Assembly: GCA_973895155.1 (NCBI GenBank)
Contig: OZ316895.1
Coordinates: 14,486,448 to 14,550,447, forward strand
DNA: 64,000 nucleotides
Origin: Marsupella aquatica
Taxonomy: Eukaryota > Plantae > Marchantiophyta
Direction: 5' to 3'
The first letter of the stretch is position 1, and each line of letters begins with the position of its first letter. Under the pieces are notes generated by a model, which searched no databases, had not been told where the DNA came from, and saw only the letters and a list, made by a program, of their open reading frames with translations. The translations under genes and the position numbers were made by a program. Shown piece by piece: positions 37,424 to 49,340 of the stretch.

Positions 37424-40186
37424 TCATCCATTGGACCGGATCTGCGCTATGATATTCTTGAAATGCCCCAACACGGGAATGTATGCTTGATTGTATGGAT
37501 TTATCATGTTCTGTCTTTCATACATATTTAGTGTTGGAGAAGCATGTTGTCCCCACTGTGCATCATTAGGTTGTGCAAATAAAGTTGGTGTTGTTCTCTC
37601 AGAACAGAGCTCCGATGCAGCACCTCGTCGTTGAAATAAGTACAAAGTACTTGCTTGGACATCATTTTGTAGATTCAATGTTGGGTATGTGAAGGATGGG
37701 TTTGGTTTGGAAGGCACTACAAAGTTTGCATCACATGAGTAGTCATCGTCATCCTGAATTTGAGACTCATCGATTGTAGGGAACATCATTAAATCCATTT
37801 CATCTTCCCATTCTCCGGCATCACTTATTTCACTATCTGGTGGAATACGAGTCAACATGTCACTATCATTGTGTAATGATAATCCTTGCAAAGCCTCATC
37901 TGCGTCATCAATTGTATCAAAATCCTTCATGTCATCCTCTCCAAGAGCCGCACATGTAACACCATGTTGTTCAGTGTCACATCCTTCTATGGAAGTAGGC
38001 CTCGGGCCATCATTTGTTGTTGTTCTTTCATCATATCGTCTATACATAGACGTATGAGGAGTTTTCACCTTCGTGAGCCCTTTTTGCACCCTCAAATTTG
38101 TGAATACAAAAACTAAGTCTTTTGCCCGATCATTGGTCAACCTATTACGGCTTTTTGAATGGATAAAGTCGTACGAACTCCAATTTTGTTCGCATGAAGA
38201 TGCACACATTTGTTGATGCGTGATTCTTCTGGCCATCAATCTTAGCTCCGTGTAATCAGCTCCATACAAATACCACCACTCTCCTGGACTTAATTTCCTA
38301 ATATTGGATTGTGCTCCTCTAATTGCAACCGATGAATTTGACAATTTTTTTTGAGCCTCAAATGCCTACATTTGGATGTCAAAAATAAGTGTCGTCACAT
38401 CTCAATCATGGTTGATTCCTGCCTTCACCTTGTGTTTTGCATATCTACGAACGTAATCATTGAAGCCTCTATACAGTTCTGCATCTCCTGCCACATCTTC
38501 ATCTTCATCGAAGAAAAATTGAGGATTCAGATATGCTGTTGCTAACATGAAATCAGTAGTAAGTGATTTTCGTCGATCCATATACACTTTCATTATCTTT
38601 GGTTTTAAGTAATCTGTTACTAATGTACAACCCTCCATGCTCGCTTCCAGTTTAGCTCCAATATAGCCAAGGAAACTGTGATGAAACTCCATCAAATTCT
38701 CGCAACATCTTCACCAACGGCAGGAAAAAAGCAACTGTAGATTTTACGTGAGCCCAAAATGTATCTTGCTGTATCCACGATTTAAGTTCGTCTGCCTTTC
38801 CCCTCGTCATATGCTCTTGTGACTTTGGTCGAACTGGCAGGCGATCACGATAGGATTGCCACTTATCATCAATGACCATTTGTTGTAAAGCTCCTCTTAG
38901 CTCCAATGCTCTCTACGCCATTAAAAAATTTGTTGCAAATCTCGTTGCATTTGGATTTAACAACTTCCTGTAACCAGATTTCCTCACAAATATTGCAGAA
39001 AACTTTTGTGATGATGTAACTACTTTAACTATCCATCTCAAGTGCTTAAAAATCATTTTGAATGGATTTTTTTCCGCTCATCTAGCACTACATTCTTGTG
39101 GCCACACATGTCTTCTAGCAACAAATTAAAAACGTGGGCAGCACACCAACTCCATGTCACATGCAGATATTTTTTCATGACTATCTCTTCACCTGCTACA
39201 CGATTTGCAGACGCCCCATCGGTAACAATTTGTATGATGTGATCGGCGCCAATGTCATCTATGTATTTTAACCACATGTCATCAAGATACTTCCCATCTT
39301 TCTTGTCGGCTTGTGCAGCATTCCAACTATCCAAAAAGAAATCTCCTTTTGAACTCAACAACATGACATTCATCAAAGGTTCCCTTTGGATATTTTCTCA
39401 TCCATCGGATGAAAGGGAATATCCAAAAGGTTTTGCCTCTTTCATTGTTTTTGTCATGTCCTTTGTAAGATCAACTCTAGCCTCCTCCAATAATTTTATT
39501 CTCAAATTTTGCATACTCGAAAGAGAATATCCATTTACAATCCCTTTCGAGGTTTCTATGACTGCTTCACGGAAGAAAGGATTCTCCGACACATTGAACG
39601 GAATACCACTTGAATAAAAAGCTTTAGCCCACAACTTATCCAAATGAGCTCTATTTGGAATTTGATAAGCATGCATGATTGGGTTTGCAAAATTTGATGC
39701 TCTACTTCGATGACTCATATTTCCATCCTCATCGAGGTCAACAAAATTTGAGTCTCGAGTTGATGCTTGCGAATTGGAAGATGGGTTATATGACCTACGA
39801 CCTCTCATGGATAACAGAACATGACTTCCATCACTTCGTTTGTACTTTATGGATGGGTCAACCTTTATGACATTGTACATTCTATTGATGTCATCTAAGT
39901 CAACAATTCCATACAAACTTGTGCAAGGTGGCGCATCTCCTTTGTGTATGTTTCCCATCAAATGTGCTTTTGCTCGTGTTGCATGATGCGTTGTATATTT
40001 CTTGCAAAATTTGCATCTTCGATATATACGATTAATATCATTACACGCTGATGGCGTATCACATCGTTCAAAATATTTCCACAATGGGAAAAATTTTGCA
40101 CTACGATCTCGATTGTGATTTCCACCGTGCCTAACAGGAGTAGAATGAGCTGATGAGTTGCCCGACTCATCTTCTTTGGAAGACAT
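37424..40186 (-). mobile_element. hAT-superfamily transposase pseudogene (BED finger, DUF659, hAT dimerisation domain)
   Basis: LWKYF..CKFC..HATRAKAHL (BED); YSSGIPFNV, SDG*, QIVTDGASAN, WCAAHVFNLLLED (DUF659/DDE core); WWYLYG..ASSCEQNWS...HSKSRNRL..DLVFVFTNLR (dimerisation). Broken by several stops and frameshifts. Confidence 0.93.
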
Positions 40187-40319
40187 GATCGAAAACAAGA
40201 ACTTTACACACAAAGTGTCTTCTTATACGTCGCTAAACATAGTCTCTTAATAAAAATTGAATGATTATTTGTTAGTCTTTTGAAGTAACAACAATAAAAT
40301 GAGAAAAAAAACTATTGTG

Positions 40320-40640
40320 AAATATCACACGCCGAGTCAAACTCCAAACATGCGCACAACGGTTCTCTTTTGTTTTCTGGTTGTGATATCCAACGTATGT
40401 GATATTTATAATTTATTGAGCATTTGCCGATATAGTGAAAACATATGAGACAATTAGTGATAATCATGTAAAATATCACATGTCAAGCTTTAGCTCCAAA
40501 CATGCGTACATGAATGTCAACATTGTCGAAATTTGTTTCACAATACCCACAAGTACCACTAAATTATTGAGGGATAAGAAGAAAATTATTATGCGGATTA
40601 CCACATGCCGAGTAAAACCTCCAAGCATGCACGCACAAAA
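40320..40640. repeat. Three degenerate direct repeats upstream of the transposase (candidate subterminal repeats)
   Basis: CACA(C/T)G...CTCCAA(A/G)CATGC at ~40,321, 40,471 and 40,598. Confidence 0.6.
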
Positions 40641-40859
40641 GTCTTCTCTATCTCTTTACATAGAGTGCTCTACTTTTAGTGAAGTGTGTCTAATGAGAAA
40701 AACTCAAAGATTCATACAATTTAGAATGGAGAAACGTTCTATATTTAGCGGGGTTAAAATACTAGATAGGCGAGAAATCCACACAACCCCAAATTAGTAG
40801 ATATTGCTTATCCCAATCGAGTTTATCCACAACTCTAAAACCCGGGCTTATCTTTCCTT

Positions 40860-41306
40860 AACCCAGGCCGGGCCTCCCTCCTCCCTCGTCCCTCCTCCCG
40901 CCCCTCCCTTCACCCGGGCCGGGCCTCCCTCCTCCCCCCTCCTGGGCCTCCCTCCCTCCTCCACTCGGACCTTCCTCCACCCGGGCCGGGCCTCCCTCCA
41001 CCCGGGCCGTGTCTTCCCTCCCCCCACCCGGGCCTCCTCCTCCCCCCCACCCGGGCCTCCCTCCACCCTGGCCGGGCCTCCTCCCCCCCACTCCTCCCAC
41101 CCCCACCCGGGCCGGGCCTCCTCCCTCCCCCCACCCGGGCCTCCTCCTCCCGGGCTGGGCCTTCCTCCACCCGGGCCGGGCCGGGCCGGGAGAAGTTCGG
41201 GCCGAGCCGGGGAATAATGGCGAATATGCGTCAAATGAGAGCATTTCAGGCACGTAAACTCGGCATTTGCCCGTCACATCAAACCGGGTCTTGATTGGAA
41301 ACAATA
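40860..41306. repeat. C-rich CCGGGCC repeat array and candidate hAT terminus
   Basis: Many CCCGGGCC(TCC) units; composition switches abruptly to AT-rich after GATTGGAAACAATA at ~41,306. Confidence 0.6.
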
Positions 41307-44004
41307 TTCTTCACCATCGTAATTAGTCTGGTAATGAAAAGTGGACAAATCCCCAATTCTACCAAAAATGGAGTGGAAACAAAGAAAAAGCCCTTAGTAT
41401 AGCATCCTTTTCGCTCTTGAGGTAGAGGTTAAGGTTGCTCCACCTTTAAAGAACCTCCCCAGAATGGTAATGAAAATCTTTTAGGACTATAGTATCTACT
41501 GTAGATAAACGAGAAAATAAATTTTTTAAGATACCTCAAAGTGTGAAGATTCCACCAAAAAATGTAAAATAGTTTGTCTTGTAATGTTTTCTTCTCAAAA
41601 GGATTCCCATGTTCTTGGGAAGAATAATTAATTATTATCTGAGTTTGGTTGGATTTTTCTGTAACCCCTTTAAAGCAATTATGAATTAGTTTTAGGTAAT
41701 TTTGTACTTGTGCCTCAATGCTTAGTCCTTTACAAAGTGTGGCCCCACTGCTGTCCCCACATGCCAATTTCCTATTATACAATTGGTTAGCTTCTATACT
41801 ATTGTGAATCCCTTTCCAAAAAGTAGTGGGTCTCTCATGTTTTTCTCATAAATAACGACTAGCCACAAGTAAGTTACTCAAAACCATAAACTTAGGAAAC
41901 ATATCTCTGAGCTCTAGTTAGAAAGGGAGGGAGTGAAATGTTTGTTTCTGGCAACTCTTGGATTCCATCACACTCTTGAGAATAGATAGCTTAGGTCTAG
42001 ATGTCTACAGTGTATGGAGAAACAATTCATTTAATATAATATGAATGTAAGGATAAAACAACATATTTTAACAAAGGATGGGCAAGATTGAAAAATAGTA
42101 TAGGTCACCTAAAGCTCGACCTAAAGGGGGGTCTCAAACACAAATTTAGAACATTAAGGTAAGAATATTTCCAAAGTCCAAAAATACAAAGGATACATCT
42201 TGCCCAAAATAAATTGAAACACAAATACATATCAAAAATCTCAATAAAAACAAAGTAACCCGAGTAGGCTCTCGTACACAAGGTAACACCAGAAAAATGA
42301 AGAGTAACACCAGGTAACTAGGTTATGTAGAGCAACTCTTGTGTCATTAAGGACATTCAACTACTTATTTACTGTGCATTTTAGAAAATAGCTTGATAAC
42401 CCGTTCCATGAATGTGAACAGAGATGAGGAGTAGAAAAACCTTGCAGAAAAAAGGATTCCCTATTCATCTTTGCCCCCATCCATGTTTTTTGTTTCCACC
42501 CTACTTTCAGGCATGCCCTCAATTATAGTCAAGTTCTAGAAAAAAAGATTCCATGTTATTTCTTGTTCATCTTTGCTCCCATCCTTATTTTTTGTTTGTA
42601 TTCTCACTTTCAGGACTCAAATAGAGTGACAGTCTAGGAGGTATTCTATGTTGCGAACAAACAGGAGATTTTGATAGCGAGACAATAATGGCTCCAAATT
42701 TCAGTTGCTTTTTGGTGTCTTTTACATTTTTTGTGTTTTTTTTAAAGACTCCAGATGGCTAGCGAGCTTGCTAGCAAAAAGGGAGTCCCCAAAAGGGATG
42801 TTACCAACCAGGTAGTTGATAGCGAGACAGTTGCATGTAGAAAAATAGGGTCATACAATAGTTTTTTTTGCTCGTGCGAGGAAAATTTTTACTGTTTGCT
42901 CGCACGTTACAATTACCCACAGTCTAGAGACTTCACTCTAGACAATACACATAGTCAGTAGCTTTCAATTGAGCTTATTAGTTAGATATTCAAAAGACTT
43001 TCAGAATTTTGAACAAAAAAGGGTTCAAACAGAATTAACTAGAGTATGTGGACCCATCAATTCTTAGAGGTTTATTTTGGTTCACTTCTTTTGCATTTGG
43101 TTTTGCCCACTTGGGACCTCTTTTGGTTATACTTTTGTACTCTGTTTGGCCCTTGTCTGTAAAAAGTGTGTGTATATTATCCTATTTTAGTGTAGATTCC
43201 ACACTTCACTTTTGTGTTTGAATTTTATTGTCTTTGTGAAACTTAGATTCCCCATAATATTTAGGTTCCCCCACCTTCAAGCAACCTTTGTCGAATGGTA
43301 TTAAAAAGCTTTCAGGACTATTAAGCTGAAATAAATCAATGAAACAATTTTCTTTGAAATGACTGTCTAAAAAACCGATTAGTTTCTCTTGTACATTTCT
43401 GGCTCAAAAGATTCAAATGTTAAAAAGATCAATAATTATTCCTGTTTTTTAAGTTTTTAAATTATTGTTTATTCCACGTGAACCCATGGATGGGGGGACC
43501 CAGCAAGCCCAAAGGCAAAAGAAGCCACAAGTGGCATAAGAGTACAAGGGATCATAACAGGGCAATTTGAAGTCCAAAAAATCTACCACTATCTACCAAA
43601 AACCAAGGGGCAGGCCAGCAGAGTAGAAAGCCTATGTAAGTGTCCACTTGGGCCAAAGATCAGAGCCCAACAACAAGTCCCCTAAGGATCCATTGCCAGG
43701 GCAAAGTCCACAGGTAAAGGAATGCATACCTAAGGACAACAGAGCCCATCCAAATGAGCCTAGCACTAAATGTTGAGACCAGAATAACCCAATTCTAAAT
43801 CTCCAATTCTCACCAGGAATAGTAAGGACCCTTCGGACAAGGGTATTCCTAACTAGAATCCACGTTGTCAACCTGAAAGAAGATTTTATGATCAGCATAA
43901 AATCACTGAGCATCGATTCAAGAGCAATAAACCCTCCCTCCCGTCTGGGGCAAAATGTTTCCACACAGTGACCACATTCAAAATAGAGATCGTACAGTCA
44001 ATCC

Positions 44005-44180
44005 TCCCAAGCTCAAGCTCACTTCTAACTCTGCCTCCTTAGTTTCTCATAGCACAGCCCCCCAAGCTCATGCTCACTACTAACTCTGCCTCCTTAGTTT
44101 AGTTTCTGATAGCACAGCCCCCCAAGCTCATGCTCACTTCTAACTCTGCCTCCTTAGTTTCTCATAGCACAGCCCCCCAC
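44005..44180. repeat. Tandem repeat, ~55-60 bp, 3 copies
   Basis: CCAAGCTCA(A/T)GCTCACT(T/A)CTAACTCTGCCTCCTTAGTTT...ATAGCACAGCCCC three times. Confidence 0.9.
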
Positions 44181-47100
44181 AGTGGGCAAGAATGCTCTTC
44201 ATGCTCAACCAGCTCTCTCACTCTTGCTCGACTATCCTGCAAGCTCCATAGTACTTCATGCCACATAGCGCTGCAAAGTTGATCTGATGTGGAATGAACC
44301 ATGGTTTGCGCCGTGAAGGAGTATGTGACTCCCACTACCACTGTCCCAAGTCATCCAGCATCTCCGAAGAGAAAGTGACAAAGCAACATCCATCACTTGT
44401 ACTTCCCACCCCGCCCGGCTCCCATCTACTCAGTCTGCTCAACTCCTCCAGGAGCTCCAATTAATCTTGTCACCAAAAGGCTGAAGCGCCATTGCACAAA
44501 TCAAGAATTGGCACCAGAATAATCCCCGATCACAGCGCCCTTCCAATAGTGCAATCTCTCTCAGCAAAAGCAAACTCACACTCAAAGCAACGAGGCTACA
44601 CTAGCAATAGCCAAAATCCTCTTCCATTGCGAGCTCCCCATCTCCACCGCAAGCTTCCATGCTCTCCGCAGTCGACTGATAATTGAGTTCAGTAAAAGCA
44701 AATACCAATAAACCCTAACCTTCCACAACTCTCTCAGTCCACGCGAAGACACTCCTGAGCTACCTTAAAAGTGCCTCCATAATCCAAAAAAAACCAAGGA
44801 GGCCCACCTTCTCACAACCACCCTGCAATTTCATGAACTTTGTTTCTCCACAGTCCTTATGCCAAAACCTTCTTTGACGCGTCCGCCTTAAAGCACATCC
44901 TCAAGCGATCCTGCAGCAATTGTCCGAATCATTGATAGACAACAAAATGTTCTTCCACAGCCTACGGCAAATCCATGTGCAACCGCAGATAAACCCCACA
45001 CCCTGCATCCTTCAGCTCACACAGCTCCCGTAGCTTCGCCCAGCACCCCCCTACCGGGGGTTCAACTCATCTATGAATTAATTATTCCTCTTTAGAATTG
45101 GGATTAATTTTTATGAACCACTTTAACGAAATAATATGTGGTTTGGATGCTTGTGCCCTCTCCTCACTGCTCATGGACTTATAAAGCCCTCCCCACATGT
45201 CATTTTTCTATTAGACAACTCTTTAGCTTCTAAAAGATTGTGGATCCCTTGCAAAAGAGTGGTGGGCGTTAGTTTCATGTTTCTCCAATAAGGAAATGTC
45301 ATCACGGATGTCAACCATCTTGCACTTGAAGCAAAACCTAGTGGAAAGGAAATGTCCAGTCAAGTCAGGTAGGGTCATGCATTGTGTGGGTTGTTGACCA
45401 TTTGTCATAAGGGCAAGCAACAGAGGGATGCAAGTTGCTATGAGTGTGTCCAAAAGGAGGTGAAGGTGGTGCAAGGGAGGGGTGAGACAGGTTAGGGTTT
45501 GTGATAAATTTTTCTCTTTTTCCCTGGCCATTTCCCTGGCCATTTACAATCTCCCTTTGCCTCCATCTCCCTTTCTCTCGCTGTGACTTGTTGCACCAGG
45601 TATGGTTTGCGGCCAAGTCTGCCCCGGTCGGAAACATTTTAGCCTTAGAAAATTAGTAGATCACTAGTTTAGCAGAACAACTAAGTTAGAAACATGTTTT
45701 GTGAGTCAGAATAGTGTAAGAGTTGAGCTTAGGTGGCAGAGTAGTACAAAAGCCCTGGAATATTGGGGTGGATCTCATTTTTTGTCAATAATTAATTTTT
45801 GGTGAAGGAAGTAGACATTCTTGTGTTGAGCCACATGGATAGATCAGGGGATAGATAATGTGTAATCAGCCTAGTGGGAGTTGTTATCTATGATTTCCTA
45901 TTTAATAGGGAGTAGGCCCTCTACAACATCCAATCCCATGATTTCTTTCTTGTCTTTTTATTCACAAAATGCAATCTGGGTGGATGGAGAGGAGAGTAGG
46001 AACAAGGGCAAGAGTTAAGCAGTGGAGAAGGAATTGAAGAGGGATGGATTACCGGACCCTCCTGGTTCTGTGAAATCTTGTGAGCAACTCACCACTTCTT
46101 TCTTCTCACACTCTTGCCCCAACATTTTCCCTACTCTCCCCTGCCTGTTCTCTACCCTCCACGCACCCCCAATGAAACCAAGCAGGTCCTTAAAAGGGGG
46201 ATGGATGTCAACAGTCCACGAGATACTGTAGTCAAGTTACTCCCTGGACCAACAACTTAACTGAAGGAGGGAGTTCATGCAAAGGGTTCTATCATGGCAG
46301 ACTGTACTACTGGAAAGCACCACCTGCTCCTGACAGTAAACCAGTTGATGGTTGTATATAGCACACTTCCAAAGAATAATATATACCAAACCAGGAGATA
46401 GGATCCCCAAGGCAGGTGACCCAATAAACAGAAGGGAAAAGCAATACAAAGGCTAAAGAGTTGAAAACATGAGAGCCCCACAACTGCAAACTAAAACCCT
46501 TCTGAGTGGCCAACTGAAAAACTAGTAAGCTTTGGCGTAAATTGCATGGAGGGTCACAATAAGGCTAATATTGAGGACAACCAGGCACAGCTATTGAAGT
46601 TTGCAAAGAGGATTCGGATCTAATGGCCTGGGAGGCTTCCCGCTAATGACATTTTCATAAAGAGACCATGAGAAAAAAAGCATGAGAACGATCCCATATT
46701 ATAGTGTTTAGATAGATGGCTCAGTCTCATATAAAAGTGTGTCAACCTTCTCTCCAGGTTTATTGAGGACTTGAACATACTGGAGGTAAGCGTTATTGCC
46801 CTAGACCACCAAGAAGTACCGGACCTCCTTTCTAAACACAAAAAATCGAGATAATTAGCAAATACTTCCATGAACATGATCGAGTACTACTCTGCAACGA
46901 TAGACAAGGACTAATACGCAAGTTTCTGTGCTCTGAGCTAATTACCACCATTGAAGACCAACTACTTTACACTGGGCCCCTGTGGAAGCAGGAAACATAT
47001 TTGAGATAAGGTTCTTGTCTGTTGAAGTACGTTCATGAAACCCTTTGCCATGAATTTCCAGTCTAATTGATCATTTTCACGATACAAGCAATTACGACAG

Positions 47101-47182
47101 GCGACAAGAATATGGTTCAGTTCGTCCTAGTCCTTGCGTACACTTTATAAGCTCTCAATGAAGTGATTTGAAATGCCCGACT

Positions 47183-47362
47183 GTATGAAAATGCGTCCAA
47201 GGTGAGGAGATGAACTTTCATTGGTATTTAAAAAATGGCCAGGGAAGGCCCACACAGACCACTGGATGAACGCATGTGAAAATGAGTCCAATGTGAGGAA
47301 ACGAGTCTTCACTGATATTTAAAAGTAGTCGGGACAGGTCCATGCAGACTACTGAATGACTA
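47183..47362. repeat. Degenerate ~91-bp tandem duplication
   Basis: TGAAAATG.GTCCAA.GTGAGGA...TATTTAAAA...CAGAC.ACTG.ATGA twice. Confidence 0.7.
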
Positions 47363-48074
47363 CAGCAATGTAAAGTTCCATTACAGTACACTGTTCAGAG
47401 AAGTTGTTGGCGTACCTTGTGATGTCCTCTGCCCTCAGCATTGAAAGTTGCCATCAGTGGAAACCAGGTCAGGAATACAGAGAGGCACCGGCTCAGGACG
47501 TAGATTTATAGCTCATTTCTCCACCGGCTTTTACAGGTTGAATTAATTAGAGTCCATAAAAAAGCAGCCAACGATTGATTTATCCCATCGGAGCTGCAAT
47601 GAGCTGAGCCCACAGAACTTGCAGGTACTCTAATCTTTCGGATCACTGGCATTTGGGGAAAGTTACAATATTGCAGAGTAACTTATGGTAAAACAAACTA
47701 GTCACGAGGATGTGTCAAACAGGTTACCAACTAGATCTATTGCCGATTATAAAAATGAATGCAAATGGTGGCCCTCTCTCCTTGAATTCCCTCGCCCCAA
47801 ATTGGAACCATTTGGACTTAGATAAAGAGTGGCGAACAGAATACTGAATTCACATGGTGGTCCTCACCCATTCGTACGCCGTGCTCCAAATTAGGAGCCT
47901 TTGCGATTAAACCAAAAGTGCTGACTAAAAAGTCGTGGTCCTCCACATTGACTTCCTCCAAATTGGGAGCTTTTGCAGTCATACCACGAGTCTCAATATA
48001 TTCTCAGCTCATCTATATACATCAACAGCTATATTATAACTTGAAAATTTGATTCAGGGAGTGTTCCCTTCCAT

Positions 48075-49340
48075 TCACTTGCCTTGCTCAAAATTGGGAG
48101 CCTTTGGAATCAGACCAAGGATCTCAAACATTTGCTGATCTGCATCCGAGTCATTATTCGGAGTGGTAAGAAGCTTTTCACCAGTAAAGATGGAGTTGGC
48201 ACCTGCTAAGAAACACAAAGCCTGCTCCGGCTGAGAGAAGTTGACACGGCCAGCAGACAACCGAACCATAGCATTGGGCATCACAATCCGCGCTGTTGCA
48301 ATCATCCGAATCATCTCCCAAATTTCAACTGGTTTTTGTTTCTCCAATGGGGTCCCTTTCACAGCTAGAAGGGCATTCACGGGTACACTCTCGGGATGCT
48401 CTGGAAGCGTGGCCAAAGTATGCAGCAAGCCCACCCTGTCCTCAGCAGCCTCTCCCATTCCAATGATTCCGCCTGAGCAAACACTGATACCAGCTTCACG
48501 TACCAACTCCAGGGTCTTGAGGCGTTCATCATAACTTCTAGAAGTTATGATGTTTGGGTAGTACTCCCTTGATGTATCCAAGTTGTGATTGTACGCCGTA
48601 AGGCCAGCATCCTTCAATTGCTGTGCCTGCTTCTCCTCCAACATTCCCAATGTGCAGCACACTTCCATACCCATTCCTCGAATTTGCTTCACATAGCCCA
48701 AAACCTGATTGAAATTGGTACTTCTTCCCACGGTGTCCCTCCAAGCTGCCCCCATGCAAAATCTCGTACTTCCTGCCTCCTTAGCATTCTGGGCAGCTTC
48801 CAGGACGACGTCTTTGCTGAGCATCTTCTGGGCCTTGACTTCAGTATCATAGCGAGATGACTGGGGACAATAAGCGCAATCTTCCGAGCATCCGCCTGTT
48901 TTGATGGACAGCAGAGTGCACTGCTGGACTTCTCTGAACCGATGAGCATGCCTGTGCACTTGCGCGCCGTGGAAGAGAAGATCCATGAGCGGCGAGTCGT
49001 AGACGGCCTGAATCTCTTCTCGCTTCCAGTTGTTCCTGGGGCCATCTCTAATGGCGGCCTCCGCTGCAACGCTAGCAGCGGAAGAATATTGAAGGGCAGC
49101 AGCAGCAAAGCCACCTGCAGAAGCTGACCAACGCGAAGTAGCGGGTGCTGAGTCGCTTGAAACGGATTCTTCTACTGCAGCAGCAGCCTGCTCACGAGCA
49201 GCTGTGGACGTTGTCACAGGTGAGCAGCAAATCCGGCTCCACGAGACAATGGGAGGGGCAGAGACAGCATCCGAAACAATTGGTGCTGCTTTGGGAACGG
49301 GAAAGAAAGAGAGCCTGCTCACAGCTCTTCTCCAGGCCAT
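48075..49340 (-). CDS. BIO2: Biotin synthase (radical SAM), mitochondrial-type, intronless CDS
   Basis: VQQCTLLSIKTGGCSEDCAYCPQS (CX3CX2C), RFCMGAAWR, AYNHNLDTS, PESVPVN, VRLSAGR, GANSIFTGEKLLTT. Arg/Ser/Ala-rich presequence; ATG at 49340 follows an acceptor-like CTGACTGACAG. Confidence 0.97.
   Translation of the reverse strand: MAWRRAVSRLSFFPVPKAAPIVSDAVSAPPIVSWSRICCSPVTTSTAAREQAAAAVEESVSSDSAPATSRWSASAGGFAAAALQYSSAASVAAEAAIRDGPRNNWKREEIQAVYDSPLMDLLFHGAQVHRHAHRFREVQQCTLLSIKTGGCSEDCAYCPQSSRYDTEVKAQKMLSKDVVLEAAQNAKEAGSTRFCMGAAWRDTVGRSTNFNQVLGYVKQIRGMGMEVCCTLGMLEEKQAQQLKDAGLTAYNHNLDTSREYYPNIITSRSYDERLKTLELVREAGISVCSGGIIGMGEAAEDRVGLLHTLATLPEHPESVPVNALLAVKGTPLEKQKPVEIWEMIRMIATARIVMPNAMVRLSAGRVNFSQPEQALCFLAGANSIFTGEKLLTTPNNDSDADQQMFEILGLIPKAPNFEQGK

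Noticed and set aside
40804-41304. Pro-rich extensin-like ORFs
   Set aside because: Open on both strands because of the CCGGGCC array; no signal peptide or gene structure.
44710-45500. AAACCCTAA / TTAGGGTTT telomere-like words
   Set aside because: Isolated single copies, not an array.
43600-47000. Degenerate coding-like tracts, probably old TE
   Set aside because: No assignable domain; only the tandem repeat at 44,005-44,180 is supportable.
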